64,000 nucleotides of DNA. Origin: Gammaproteobacteria bacterium (GTDB lineage Bacteria > Pseudomonadota > Gammaproteobacteria > SZUA-140). This document shows, piece after piece, positions 28,657 to 41,315 of the stretch. The position numbers and the translations under genes are program-made. The notes under the pieces were generated by a model. The model was not told the origin of the DNA, made no database searches, and saw nothing but the letters and a program-made list of their open reading frames with translations. The DNA lies in assembly GCA_026981935.1 (NCBI GenBank), contig JALSIC010000052.1, forward strand, positions 2,571-66,570, given 5' to 3'. How positions within the stretch are numbered: position 1 is the first letter of the stretch; each line of letters opens with the position of its first letter.

Positions 28657-30139
28657 GCCCACGCGCGAACGGGATCATGGGGCGCCGGCTGGCGAAGGGC
28701 GGGCGATGGCGCTCGATGGCCGGCGTTTCCAGGACCTGTGGATGGGCCGGGTGCGGCACATCCATTTCGTTGGCATCGGCGGCGCCGGGATGGGGGGCAT
28801 CGCCGAGGTGCTGTGCAACCTGGGTTATCGCGTCAGTGGCTCGGACCTGGGGGAAAACGCCATGACCCGCCATCTGGCGGCGCTGGGGGTCGCGGTGCAG
28901 GTGGGTCACGACGCGAGCCATGTGCAAGGCTGTGACGTGGTGGTGCGGTCTTCCGCGGTGGGTGACGACAATCCCGAGATCCGCGCGGCCCTGCGCCGGC
29001 GCATCCCCGTGGTGCCCCGCGCCGAGATGCTGGCGGAACTCATGCGCTTCCGTTACGGCGTGGCCGTGGCCGGCACCCACGGCAAGACCACGGTGACCAG
29101 CCTGGTGGCCTCCCTGCTTGCCGAGGGCGGTCTCGATCCCACATTCGTCATCGGCGGCCGCCTCAACCGCAGCGGCGGCAACGCCCGCCTGGGGACGGGG
29201 CGTTTTCTCGTCGCCGAGGCCGACGAGAGCGATGCGTCCTTCCTGTACCTCCAGCCCATGATGGCGGTGGTGACCAATATCGATGCCGATCACATGGCCA
29301 CCTACGACAACGATTTCGACCGTCTGCGCCGCACCTTCGTGGACTTCATTCATCATCTGCCTTTCTATGGCCTGGCGGTGGTGTGCCTGGACGACCCGGT
29401 GGTGCGGGAACTGCTGCCCCGGCTCTCCCGGCCGCTGCTCACCTACGGTTTCTCCGCCCAGGCCGATGTGCGGGCGCAGGCCGTGGAGTGCGCGGGCCTG
29501 CGCAGCCGTTTCCGCGTCGCGCGCCCGGACCGCGAGGACTGGCTGGAGGTGGAACTCAACCTCGCCGGCCGGCACAACGTCTGCAATGCCCTGGCGGCCA
29601 TCGCCGTGGCCCACGAGCTGGGCGTTGCCGACGAGGACATCCGCCGCGGCCTGCGCCATTTCCAGGGAATTGCGCGGCGCTTCCAGTGTCATGGCGAAGT
29701 GGCGCTGGCGGGGCGGCGGGTGCTGTTCGTCGACGACTATGGACATCACCCGCGGGAGATCGAGGCGGTGGTGGCGGCACTCCGGGAGGGCTGGCCGGGG
29801 CGGCGGCTGGTGATGGTCTTTCAGCCCCACCGCTACAGCCGCACCCGGGACCTGTTCGACGATTTCGTGCGCGTCCTGGGGCAGGCGGACCTGCTGATCT
29901 TGCTGCCCGTCTACGCGGCGGGCGAGCGTCCCCTGGCAGGGGCCGATACCCATGCCCTGGCACGGACCATCCGCCTGCGGGGCGGCGAGCCGGTGTACGT
30001 GGAGGAAGCACCGGAGCTGGTGGCGGTCTTGCGCAGCCAGTTGCGCGACGGTGACCTGCTCCTGACCCTGGGGGCAGGAGACATCGGGGCACTGGCCGCC
30101 CGGCTCCCGGCCCTGCTGGCGGCGGAGGGAGAGGCATGA
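28649..30139 (+). CDS. murC: UDP-MurNAc--L-Ala ligase MurC
   Basis: [22 protein letters not shown]...[16 protein letters not shown]...[15 protein letters not shown]. Alternative start at 28706 ([11 protein letters not shown]). The longer track ORF from 28319 is rejected. Confidence 0.92.
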   Translation: MVEPTRERDHGAPAGEGRAMALDGRRFQDLWMGRVRHIHFVGIGGAGMGGIAEVLCNLGYRVSGSDLGENAMTRHLAALGVAVQVGHDASHVQGCDVVVRSSAVGDDNPEIRAALRRRIPVVPRAEMLAELMRFRYGVAVAGTHGKTTVTSLVASLLAEGGLDPTFVIGGRLNRSGGNARLGTGRFLVAEADESDASFLYLQPMMAVVTNIDADHMATYDNDFDRLRRTFVDFIHHLPFYGLAVVCLDDPVVRELLPRLSRPLLTYGFSAQADVRAQAVECAGLRSRFRVARPDREDWLEVELNLAGRHNVCNALAAIAVAHELGVADEDIRRGLRHFQGIARRFQCHGEVALAGRRVLFVDDYGHHPREIEAVVAALREGWPGRRLVMVFQPHRYSRTRDLFDDFVRVLGQADLLILLPVYAAGERPLAGADTHALARTIRLRGGEPVYVEEAPELVAVLRSQLRDGDLLLTLGAGDIGALAARLPALLAAEGEA

Positions 30140-31035
30140 TGGGCGGCGCCGCACCGGTCGCCTGGCGGGGCGAGCTGCGCCGCGAAGAGCCCCTGGCGCG
30201 CCATACGTCCTGGCGCGTGGGCGGGCCGGCGGAGCGTTTCTATCGCCCCCTGGACCTGGACGATCTGGCGGCCTTTCTGGCCTCGCTGCCACCGGAGGAG
30301 CCGGTCTTTTGGCTGGGGCTGGGGAGCAATCTGCTGGTGCGCGACGGCGGCATTCGCGGCACGGTGATCTGTACCAGCGGGATGCGCCAGGGCCTGAGGC
30401 GCCTGGACGCCACCCGCCTGTACGCCGAGGCCGGGGTGCCCTGTGCCAGGGTGGCCCGTTTCAGCGCCCGGTGCGGGCTCGCCGGCGCGGAGTTCCTGGT
30501 GGGCATTCCCGGCACCCTGGGCGGGGCCCTCGCCATGAACGCGGGCGCCTTCGGCGGTGAGACCTGGGCGCGGGTCGCGGCCGTGGAGACGCTGGACCGC
30601 CAGGGCCGGCGCCGGCGCCGCCAGCCCGGCGAGTACGTGGTGGGTTACCGGGAGGTGCGGGGTCCCGAAGGGGAGTGGTTCGTGGCGGCGGAACTGGCCC
30701 TCGAGGAAGACGATCCGGCGGCCGTCCAGGCCCGGCTCAAGGCATTGCTCGCGCGCCGGGGCAGCACCCAGCCCACGGGACAGCCCAGTGGCGGTTCGGT
30801 TTTCCGCAATCCGCCCGGCGATCACGCCGGCCGGCTCATCGAGGCCTGCGGTCTCAAGGGGCACGCCGTGGGCGGTGCCCGGGTTTCGGAGAAACATGCC
30901 AATTTCATCATCAACGACGGCACGGCCACGGCCCGCGACATCGAGCGGCTCATCGAATATGTGGCCGAGACGGTGGCGCGCCGCCAGGGCGTGCACCTGG
31001 TACCCGAGGTCCACATCGTGGGAGCGGCGGCATGA
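30136..31035 (+). CDS. murB: UDP-N-acetylenolpyruvoylglucosamine reductase MurB
   Basis: [16 protein letters not shown]...[21 protein letters not shown]...[25 protein letters not shown]. Confidence 0.93.
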   Translation: MMGGAAPVAWRGELRREEPLARHTSWRVGGPAERFYRPLDLDDLAAFLASLPPEEPVFWLGLGSNLLVRDGGIRGTVICTSGMRQGLRRLDATRLYAEAGVPCARVARFSARCGLAGAEFLVGIPGTLGGALAMNAGAFGGETWARVAAVETLDRQGRRRRRQPGEYVVGYREVRGPEGEWFVAAELALEEDDPAAVQARLKALLARRGSTQPTGQPSGGSVFRNPPGDHAGRLIEACGLKGHAVGGARVSEKHANFIINDGTATARDIERLIEYVAETVARRQGVHLVPEVHIVGAAA

Positions 31036-32036
31036 ACGCGGCGAGGGATGCAGCGGTCTTCGGCCGGGTGGCCGTGCTCATGGGCGGCCGCGCAGCGGAG
31101 CGGGAGATTTCCCTGCGCAGCGGCGCGGCGGTGCTGGCGGCCCTGCAGCGCCAGGGGGTGGATGCGGCGGGCATCGACACCGGCCGGGCGGGAGGCGCTG
31201 CAATCCTGCGCGAGCTGATGGCGGGCGGTTTCGACCGGGCCTTTGTCGTGCTGCACGGGCGGGGCGGCGAGGACGGGGTCATCCAGGGTGCCCTGGAGAC
31301 CATCGGCCTGCCCTATACCGGCAGCGGCGTGCTGGCCTCGGCGCTGAGCATGGACAAGCTGCGCAGCAAGCAGCTCTGGCAGGGCGTGGGCCTTCCCACG
31401 CCGCCCTTTGCCGCCGTCCGCGACAAATCATCCCTGGAGAAGGCCATGGCCCGGGTGGGCCTGCCCGCCATTGTCAAGCCCGTCCACGAGGGCTCCAGCC
31501 TGGGCATGAGCCGCGTGACGGCGCCCGGGGAGCTGCTGGCGGCCTGGCGGGCGGCGCGGGCGCTGGACGACGAAGTGCTGCTGGAACGCTGGGTGACGGG
31601 CAGGGAGTACACGGTGGCCGTCCTGGGGGCGGAGGCCCTGCCGCCGATCCGCATCGAGACCCCGCGGGGCTTTTATGACTATGCAGCCAAGTACGAGGCG
31701 GACGATACCCGCTTCCACTGTCCTTGCGGCCTGCCCGGCGAGGAGGAAGGGGCATTGCGGACCCTGGCGCTGGATGCGTTCCGGGCCCTGGGATGCCGGG
31801 GCTGGGGGCGGGTGGATCTCATCTGTGACGAGCAGGGCCGGCCCTGGCTCATCGAGGTGAATACCGTGCCGGGCATGACGGACCACAGCCTGGTGCCCAG
31901 GGCCGCGCGGGCGGCGGGCATGGATTTCGACGAACTGGTCTGGCGCATCCTGGAACAGAGTCTGGAACAGGGTCCAGAACAGAATCTGGAACAGAATGGG
32001 GGACAGGCTATGTCAGGGGAGGGGCCGACATCATGA
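31032..32036 (+). CDS. ddl: D-alanine--D-alanine ligase
   Basis: GRVAVLMGGRAAEREISLRSG...FVVLHGRGGEDGVIQGALETIGLPYTGSGVLASALSMDK...EVNTVPGMTDHSLVP. ATGA overlap with murB. Has a low-complexity C-terminal tail (EQSLEQGPEQNLEQNGG). Confidence 0.92.
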   Translation: MNAARDAAVFGRVAVLMGGRAAEREISLRSGAAVLAALQRQGVDAAGIDTGRAGGAAILRELMAGGFDRAFVVLHGRGGEDGVIQGALETIGLPYTGSGVLASALSMDKLRSKQLWQGVGLPTPPFAAVRDKSSLEKAMARVGLPAIVKPVHEGSSLGMSRVTAPGELLAAWRAARALDDEVLLERWVTGREYTVAVLGAEALPPIRIETPRGFYDYAAKYEADDTRFHCPCGLPGEEEGALRTLALDAFRALGCRGWGRVDLICDEQGRPWLIEVNTVPGMTDHSLVPRAARAAGMDFDELVWRILEQSLEQGPEQNLEQNGGQAMSGEGPTS

Positions 32037-32938
32037 AGCGTCGTCGAGGCAGGCCGGCACGTCAGGCGGTGCGCCGTCCCCAGGGCGGGATGCCGGCCCG
32101 CCGCGGCCCCGGACGGCGCCTGATACTGGCCCTGCTCCTCATGACGACACTCGGCAGTGGGGGTGCTGCCTGGTGGTTCTGGTCGGGATCCTGGCAGGGT
32201 GGTGGAGAGAGGCCGGTCCTGGCGTCCCTCGCGCGGCTGGAAAAGACGGTGGCGTTTCCCTTCCGCCAGATCAAGGTGGTGGGGCCCATGCGCCGGGTGA
32301 GCCCCGCCCGGGTGCGCGACATCGTGGCGCCGTTTGCTGCCCGCGGCTTCTTCGCCACGGACGTCTCCGCCATCCGTCGCGCCCTGCGTGCCCTGCCCTG
32401 GGTGGACACTGTCACGGTGCGGCGGGTCTGGCCCGACCTGCTGCAGATCACCCTCGTGGAACAGGAGGCCGTCGCCCGCTGGGGGGCGCATGCCCTGCTC
32501 AATGCGCGCGGCGAGGTCTTCACGCCGGCGCCGGAAGTCCTGTCCCGGCCGCCCCTGTCCCGCCTGCCGCTGCTTCAGGGGCCGTCGGGCAGCGCGCCGC
32601 AGATGCTCGCCCGGTACCGTGCCATGAGGGCGCGACTCGAACCGCTGGGCCTGGGGCTTGCGACCCTCACCCTGGAACAGCGTCGTTCGTGGTGGGCGCG
32701 CCTGGACAACGGGATCACCCTGGCCCTGGGCAAGACGGCGCCGGAGCAGCGGCTGGCCCGCTTCGCGCGCTATTACCCGCGTCTGATGGAGGGCGCCCGG
32801 CAGGCGGGGGGCGAGGGGGCGGGGCGGCTCATCGAGGCGGTGGATCTGCGCTATGCCAACGGTTTCGTCGTGCGTTGGCGGAAGGATCATGAGACGGCAC
32901 GGACGGGCTTGTGGGACCAGAGGCAGGAGACGACCTGA
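32033..32938 (+). CDS. ftsQ: Cell division protein FtsQ
   Basis: Single TM (LILALLLMTTLG) and a POTRA-like segment (FRQIKVVGPMRRVSPARVRDIVAPFAARGFFATDVSAIRRAL...WPDLLQITLVEQEAVARW). Confidence 0.9.
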   Translation: MKRRRGRPARQAVRRPQGGMPARRGPGRRLILALLLMTTLGSGGAAWWFWSGSWQGGGERPVLASLARLEKTVAFPFRQIKVVGPMRRVSPARVRDIVAPFAARGFFATDVSAIRRALRALPWVDTVTVRRVWPDLLQITLVEQEAVARWGAHALLNARGEVFTPAPEVLSRPPLSRLPLLQGPSGSAPQMLARYRAMRARLEPLGLGLATLTLEQRRSWWARLDNGITLALGKTAPEQRLARFARYYPRLMEGARQAGGEGAGRLIEAVDLRYANGFVVRWRKDHETARTGLWDQRQETT

Positions 32939-32941
32939 ACA

Positions 32942-34177
32942 ATGCCAAAAAAAGAGGAAAAAGATCTGATCGTCGGCCTGGACATCGGCACCTCCAAGGT
33001 GGTGGCCATCGTGGGCGAGGTGACCGAGGAGAACCGGGTGGAGATCGTGGGGATCGGCAGCCATCCTTCACGGGGGCTGAAGAAGGGCGTGGTGGTCAAC
33101 ATCGAGTCCACGGTACAGTCCATCCAGCGTGCCGTGGAGGAGGCCGAACTCATGGCCGGCTGCGAGATCCACTCGGTCTACACGGGCATTGCCGGCAGCC
33201 ACATCCGCAGCCTCAATTCCACGGGCATCGTGGCCATCCGCGACGAGGAGGTGACACCCAGCGACGTGGAGCGGGTGATCGATGCGGCCCGGGCGGTGGC
33301 CATTCCCGCCGACCAGCGCATTCTCCACGTCCTGCCCCAGGAATTCATCATCGACAACCAGGAAGGGATCATGGAACCGGTGGGGATCTCGGGCGTGCGC
33401 CTCGAGGCCAAGGTCCATCTGGTGACCGGCGCCGTGAGCGCCGCGCAGAACATCACCAAGTGCGTCCGCCGCTGTGGCCTGGAGGTGGACGACATCATCC
33501 TGGAGCAGCTTGCCTCCAGCTATGCCGTGCTCACCGAGGACGAAAAGGGGCTGGGGGTGTGCCTCGTGGATATCGGCGGTGGCACCACGGACATCGCCGT
33601 GTTCACCGAGGGCTCCATCCGCCATACCGCGGTGATTCCCATTGCCGGCGACCAGGTGACCAACGACATCGCCGTGGCCCTGCGCACGCCCACCCATCAT
33701 GCGGAGGAGATCAAGATCAAGTTCGGTTGCGCGCTGGCCCAGCTGGCCAATCCCGACGACACCATCGAGGTGCCGGGCGTGGGCGACCGGCCGCCGCGGC
33801 GCCTGGCACGCCAGACCCTGGCGGAAGTGGTGGAGCCCCGCTACGAGGAGTTGTTCACCCTGATCCAGGCCGAGCTGCGGCGCAGCGGTTTCGAGGACCT
33901 GGTGGCGGCGGGGGTGGTGATGACCGGCGGCAGTTCCAAGATGGAGGGTGTCATCGAGCTGGCGGAGGAGGTCTTTCACATGCCGGTGCGCCTGGGTCTG
34001 CCGCAGAACATTTCCGGCCTGGCGGAGGTGGTGCGCAACCCCATTCACGCCACCGGCGTGGGCCTGCTGCTCTACGGGTTCCAGCAGCGGGATGTCAAAA
34101 AACCCCAACCAAGAACGGGAGGTGGATTCAAGGGGATCTGGGAAAGAATGAAAAGCTGGTTTCAAGGCAATTTCTGA
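32942..34177 (+). CDS. ftsA: Cell division protein FtsA
   Basis: LIVGLDIGTSKVVAIVGE...GVCLVDIGGGTTDIAVF...; actin-fold ATPase. Confidence 0.95.
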   Translation: MPKKEEKDLIVGLDIGTSKVVAIVGEVTEENRVEIVGIGSHPSRGLKKGVVVNIESTVQSIQRAVEEAELMAGCEIHSVYTGIAGSHIRSLNSTGIVAIRDEEVTPSDVERVIDAARAVAIPADQRILHVLPQEFIIDNQEGIMEPVGISGVRLEAKVHLVTGAVSAAQNITKCVRRCGLEVDDIILEQLASSYAVLTEDEKGLGVCLVDIGGGTTDIAVFTEGSIRHTAVIPIAGDQVTNDIAVALRTPTHHAEEIKIKFGCALAQLANPDDTIEVPGVGDRPPRRLARQTLAEVVEPRYEELFTLIQAELRRSGFEDLVAAGVVMTGGSSKMEGVIELAEEVFHMPVRLGLPQNISGLAEVVRNPIHATGVGLLLYGFQQRDVKKPQPRTGGGFKGIWERMKSWFQGNF

Positions 34178-34231
34178 CCACTGAGGGCAAATCAGACGGG
34201 TGATTCACAAAGGAGAAAAAGGAGGAGCGAG

Positions 34232-35389
34232 ATGTTTGAACTGATGGATTCATACACGCAGAACGCGGTGATCAAGGTGATCGGCATCGGCGGCGGCGGG
34301 GGCAACGCCGTGGAGCACATGGTGGCGGCCAATATCGACGGCGTGGATTTCATCTGCGCCAACACCGATGCCCAGGCGCTCAAGAATTCCTCGGCGCGCA
34401 CCACCCTGCAGCTGGGCTGCAATATCACCAAGGGGCTGGGCGCGGGCGCCAATCCGGACATCGGACGCCAGGCCGCGCTGGAGGACCGGGAACGCATCAT
34501 GGAAGTGCTGGATGGGGCCGACATGGTGTTCATCACCGCCGGCATGGGAGGCGGCACCGGCACCGGCGGCGTGCCCGTGGTGGCCAAGATCGCCAAGGAA
34601 ATGGGCATCCTGACGGTGGCGGTGGTGACCAAGCCTTTTCCCTTCGAGGGCAGGAGGCGCATGGAAATCGCAGAGAACGGGATCAAGGAACTGGGAGAGT
34701 ATGTCGATTCCCTGATCACCATTCCCAACGAGAAGCTGCTGCTGGTGCTGGGCAAGACCATCTCCCTGCTGGATGCCTTCAAGGCCGCCAACAACGTGCT
34801 GCTGGGTGCCGTGCAGGGCATTGCCGAACTCATCACCCGGCCCGGCCTCATCAACGTGGACTTTGCCGATGTGCGCACGGTGATGGCGGAGATGGGGATG
34901 GCCATGATGGGCTCGGGCTCCGAACGGGGCGAGAACCGGGCGCGCGAGGCGGCGGAGGCGGCCATCAACAGTCCCTTGCTGGAGGACGTGGACCTGGCCG
35001 GCGCCCATGGCATCCTGGTGAACATCACCGCCGGCATGGACCTGTCCATCGGCGAGTTCGAGGAAGTGGGCAACACGGTCAAGGAGTTCGCCTCGGACGA
35101 TGCCACCGTCGTGGTGGGGACGGTGATCGACCCCGACATGAGCGACGAGTTGCGGGTGACGGTGGTGGCCACCGGCCTGGGCCGCGAGCGCGCGCCCGAG
35201 CGCGAGAAGCCCATGGAAATCGTGCCCAAGAAGGTGGTGGCCGGCGGTGGCGGCGAGATCGACTATGCGGGACTGGAACGCCCCACGGTGATCCGCAACC
35301 AGAAGGCCGTCGATCCCAACACCCTCCAGGAGGGCACCAATCTGGACTTTCTCGATGTGCCGGCCTTCCTGCGTCGCCAGGCGGATTGA
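34232..35389 (+). CDS. ftsZ: Cell division GTPase FtsZ
   Basis: [17 protein letters not shown]...GGGTGTGG (tubulin signature)...[11 protein letters not shown]. The C-terminal [14 protein letters not shown] is the FtsA/ZipA-binding tail. Confidence 0.97.
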   Translation: MFELMDSYTQNAVIKVIGIGGGGGNAVEHMVAANIDGVDFICANTDAQALKNSSARTTLQLGCNITKGLGAGANPDIGRQAALEDRERIMEVLDGADMVFITAGMGGGTGTGGVPVVAKIAKEMGILTVAVVTKPFPFEGRRRMEIAENGIKELGEYVDSLITIPNEKLLLVLGKTISLLDAFKAANNVLLGAVQGIAELITRPGLINVDFADVRTVMAEMGMAMMGSGSERGENRAREAAEAAINSPLLEDVDLAGAHGILVNITAGMDLSIGEFEEVGNTVKEFASDDATVVVGTVIDPDMSDELRVTVVATGLGRERAPEREKPMEIVPKKVVAGGGGEIDYAGLERPTVIRNQKAVDPNTLQEGTNLDFLDVPAFLRRQAD

Positions 35390-35783
35390 GGCGCGGGGCG
35401 GTCTCTTCAGGGTCGGGGAGTGCCGGCCGCTAATTTCAGGGCGTGGCGGATAGCCGGTCCTGCGAAAGGGTCCTGGCGCTTCGGCCCGGATGGCCGCCAG
35501 GGGGTGCGGAAGGCGTGTAACGGCATGAAGATTCAAGATTTTCATGCCGGGGCAGTCGAAGTTATGGATCATCCATGGAGATGTGACGGCATTCCTGGGC
35601 AGCATGGGGGGGCTGTGCTAAGATGCGCGCGGTCTGCGGGCAATGTTGTCCTCGATGCGACGGGCAGGCGGCGGACCGCCACCGCGGGGGGCGGCATGCG
35701 TGCGTGGCGCGTGTGTCCGCATTCCTCACTGGCCTCACAGGGTTTCCTGCTGGGTTCAATACTGGGTTCAATACTGGGCAGGC

Positions 35784-36698
35784 ATGACGAGACAGCGTAC
35801 CTTGAAAAATCCCATCCGGGCGAGAGGCCGCGGCCTGCGCGTGAGGCGCCGGATTCACCTGACCCTGCTGCCGGCGCCTGCGGATACCGGCATCGTGTTC
35901 CGCCGGGTAGACCTGCCGGGCAGGCCCAGGATTCCCGTCTGCCCGGGCAATTTGGATCCGGCCGAGTCCCGTCTGACCCTGAGATCCCCGGCCGCCGGAG
36001 GGAATGCGAGCGTGACGGGGGTGGAACATCTGCTGTCGGCCTTCGCCGGGCTGGGGGTGGACAACGTCTGCATCGAAACCGATGCGCCGGAGCTGCCCGT
36101 CATGGATGGCAGTGCCGGGCCCTTCGTCTTTCTGGTTCAGGCGGCGGGCATCACCGAGCTTGCGGCGGCGAGGCGCTTCATACGCCTGCGCCGGCGGGTG
36201 GAGGTGGCGCTGGGCCGGAGCTGGGTGCGCCTCGAACCCTATGACGGCTTCAAGGCCTCGGTCACCCTGGGCCCGGATCATCCCGGTTGCGAGGGCCAGC
36301 CGCAGGCCGTGAGCATCGATTTTTCCACGGCTTCCTTCATCAAGGAAATCAGCCGGGCACGCAATTTACTCGGCACGGCCCCCGCCGCCCCTGGGGCCGG
36401 CGCGGCTGCCTGCGCCGCAGGGCGGGACGACGATGCGGGAAGCGGCATGCGGCGCGAGACGGCACCCGGGGGTGAGGGGCCGCGTTATCGTGATGAATTC
36501 GTCAAGCACAAGCTGCTGGATGCCATCGGTGATCTCTATCTCCTGGGTCATCCCCTGATGGCGGCCTACAGTGCCTATCAGGCCGGCCACGCCCTCAACA
36601 GGCGTCTGCTGGATACCCTGCAGGCCAATCCCGAGACCTGGGAGAGCGTGATCTTCGATGGGGCCGCGGCGGTGGATCTGCGCCGGGCCGGTTCCTGA
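35784..36698 (+). CDS. lpxC: UDP-3-O-acyl-GlcNAc deacetylase LpxC (with a divergent low-complexity 40-aa segment)
   Basis: MTRQRTLKNPIRARGRGLRVRRRIHLTLLPAPADTGIVFRRVDL...TGVEHLLSAFAGLGVDNVCIETDAPELPVMDGSAGPFVF...EFVKHKLLDAIGDLYLLGH...SGHALN is collinear with the Pseudomonas/E. coli LpxC I recall. The Zn-ligand motifs (HKxxD, E-H) are present. The start at 35784 is preferred over the track start at 35643. Confidence 0.88.
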   Translation: MTRQRTLKNPIRARGRGLRVRRRIHLTLLPAPADTGIVFRRVDLPGRPRIPVCPGNLDPAESRLTLRSPAAGGNASVTGVEHLLSAFAGLGVDNVCIETDAPELPVMDGSAGPFVFLVQAAGITELAAARRFIRLRRRVEVALGRSWVRLEPYDGFKASVTLGPDHPGCEGQPQAVSIDFSTASFIKEISRARNLLGTAPAAPGAGAAACAAGRDDDAGSGMRRETAPGGEGPRYRDEFVKHKLLDAIGDLYLLGHPLMAAYSAYQAGHALNRRLLDTLQANPETWESVIFDGAAAVDLRRAGS

Positions 36699-36708
36699 GG
36701 CGGCCGCC

Positions 36709-37239
36709 TCAGGATGCCGGATTCCGGGATTTTCTGGCCCCGTGGCGTGCAAGCCGCTGCAGCGACTGGCGCAGATCGGGGTCTTCAATACCCTCGGCCA
36801 GCGAGGCGATGAGGGCAGCCGTCCGGGGCGTCATGCGCAGCGGCAACAGGGGCGCGGTGGCCCGGCGGGACGGTGTGTCGGGTCCATGGCAGGCCGGTGC
36901 CTGGGGGGCTGTTTTCACCTGGATGCGCGCCAGGCCGGGCAGTCCTTCCCGGGTCCGCAGGCGTTCCAGGAGCGCAGGCACCTGGTAGCGGAGCAGGGTG
37001 CCCCAGACGGGCGAGTCGGCCTGCAGTACGAGTGCCTGCTCGCGCAGGTTGGCCACCCGGCAGTGATCCCGCAGCGGTGCCGGAAGATGCTTGCGCACCT
37101 TGGCGTCGAGTTGCTTTAATCGCTCGACATGCCGGGCCAGTCGCTGGAGGGGGTCGCTGTCTCCCAGCAGCTGGTGCAAGGGTCTGGCGGTGTGCATGAA
37201 ACTTGCCTGTATAATGTGCCCGACGGGGGCCGGGGACAA
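36709..37239 (-). CDS. DUF721 domain protein (DciA-like family)
   Basis: HCRVANLREQALVLQADSPVWGTLLRYQVPALLERLR fits the DUF721 pattern. Position between lpxC and the M23 peptidase/secA matches the Pseudomonas hypothetical gene there. The start may be the internal Met at ~37197. Confidence 0.5.
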   Translation of the reverse strand: MSPAPVGHIIQASFMHTARPLHQLLGDSDPLQRLARHVERLKQLDAKVRKHLPAPLRDHCRVANLREQALVLQADSPVWGTLLRYQVPALLERLRTREGLPGLARIQVKTAPQAPACHGPDTPSRRATAPLLPLRMTPRTAALIASLAEGIEDPDLRQSLQRLARHGARKSRNPAS

Positions 37240-37373
37240 AGCCCATGAGTTGCGTAGCCCGGATGAAGCGAAGCGGAATCCGGGATGAATTCCTCAGCCA
37301 GGAGACCCGAAAATCGGGTACGCTGCAAAATAACATAATACGAAAGCCGCTGCACTGACACGACGAGCCGGAC

Positions 37374-38294
37374 ATGAACATCATCTTTCTGACCAAGAAC
37401 AGCCGCTCAGCCCGCAGTCTCACCCTGGGACACGGGCGTTCCCTCCTGCTGGTGGGGGCCGTGCTGATCCTGTTGCCTGCCCTGGCCCTGCTGGCGGGCT
37501 ATGGGCTGGGACAGTACCGGGCGGAACGGCAGCTCCTGCCCCGGGAGTGGGCGGCGGAGATGCAGCGCCAGCGCGAGGAGATCCAGCAGCTGGCCAGCAA
37601 GGCCCGGCAGGACATGAACGGCCTGGCGGTGAGGCTGGGGCAGCTTCAGGCCCAGGCAGTGCGCCTCAATGCCCTGGGCCAGCGCCTGGTGGAACTGGGC
37701 AGGCTGGACAAGGACGAGTTCGATTTCACCGCCCTGCCCGCCCAGGGAGGGCCTGCGGCCGCCACCCAGGACGGCCGGCCCATCGAGCCACCGGATTTCC
37801 TGCGTGCCCTGGAGGCGCTGGCTGCCGAACTCAGCGACCGGGAACGCAAACTCCAGGCCATGGAAGCCATTTTCATGAACCGCGGCCTGCAGGAGGAGGT
37901 GCTCCCCGCCGGCCGGCCCATCCGGCGGGGCTGGATTTCCTCGTACTTCGGCATGCGCACCGACCCTTTCACCGGTCTGCGCGAGTTTCACAAGGGTATG
38001 GATTTCGCGGGCAAGCAGGGCAGCGAGGTGATCGCGGTGGCCAGCGGCGTGGTGACCTGGGCTGGTGACCGGTATGGCTACGGCCGGCTGGTGGAAATCA
38101 ATCATGGCAATGGTTATGTGACCCGTTATGGTCACAACAAGGAATTGCGCGTCAAGGTGGGCGACGTGGTGGAAAAGGGCCAGGTGATCGCGCTCATGGG
38201 CAGCAGCGGCCGTTCCACGGGCCCCCATGTCCATTTCGAGGTGCACTACAAGGGCAAGCCCGTCAATCCGGCGCGCTACCTCACCCGCCGCTGA
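37374..38294 (+). CDS. M23-family peptidase (EnvC/NlpD-like murein hydrolase or activator) with N-terminal TM and coiled-coil
   Basis: LytM/M23 C-terminal domain (HKGMDFAGKQGSEVIAVASGVV...GRLVEINHGNGYVTRYGHN...GSSGRSTGPHVHFEVHYKGKPVNP), preceded by a TM and a coiled-coil (QREEIQQLASKARQDMNGLAVRLGQLQAQA). Confidence 0.88.
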   Translation: MNIIFLTKNSRSARSLTLGHGRSLLLVGAVLILLPALALLAGYGLGQYRAERQLLPREWAAEMQRQREEIQQLASKARQDMNGLAVRLGQLQAQAVRLNALGQRLVELGRLDKDEFDFTALPAQGGPAAATQDGRPIEPPDFLRALEALAAELSDRERKLQAMEAIFMNRGLQEEVLPAGRPIRRGWISSYFGMRTDPFTGLREFHKGMDFAGKQGSEVIAVASGVVTWAGDRYGYGRLVEINHGNGYVTRYGHNKELRVKVGDVVEKGQVIALMGSSGRSTGPHVHFEVHYKGKPVNPARYLTRR

Positions 38295-38364
38295 GGGACA
38301 GCCGGGCCTTGGAGGTGCAGGAGGGAGATGCAGGGAGGCATTGGCAATATTCCCCGTCATCCCC

Positions 38365-38412
38365 ATATCCTACATGGCCCATATCTTACATGGCCCCTAT
38401 TTCACATGGCCC
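38365..38412 (+). repeat. 16-bp direct repeat x3 (ATATCCTACATGGCCC / ATATCTTACATGGCCC / CTATTTCACATGGCCC) upstream of secA
   Basis: Three contiguous 16-bp units sharing the core ACATGGCCC, 113 bp upstream of the secA ATG. There is no secM-like ORF between them. Confidence 0.8.
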
Positions 38413-38524
38413 GTGTTCCTGCGGCAGGTTTCCTGCAATCGTGTCCCGCGGTCCTGTCAAGGCAAGCGGGCAGGTATTATAATGGCCTACTTTTATCATC
38501 CCTGATCTGAACAAGACATTCCCG

Positions 38525-41224
<2,700 letters not shown>

Positions 41225-41315
41225 AGAACCCTGTCCTGGCTGATGCTGCGGCCTTGCGCCTCGCTCAGCCTGTCTGCCTGTCCTGCTGTCAGGCCGCCTG
41301 CCCGGCACCGCGCAC

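Noticed and set aside
36363-36485. Compensated double frameshift as explanation for the aberrant LpxC segment
   Set aside because: Translating the other two frames across the segment gives no similarity to the canonical TFGFMRDIEYL...NEDGLR sequence, so the divergence is at the DNA level, not a frame artefact.
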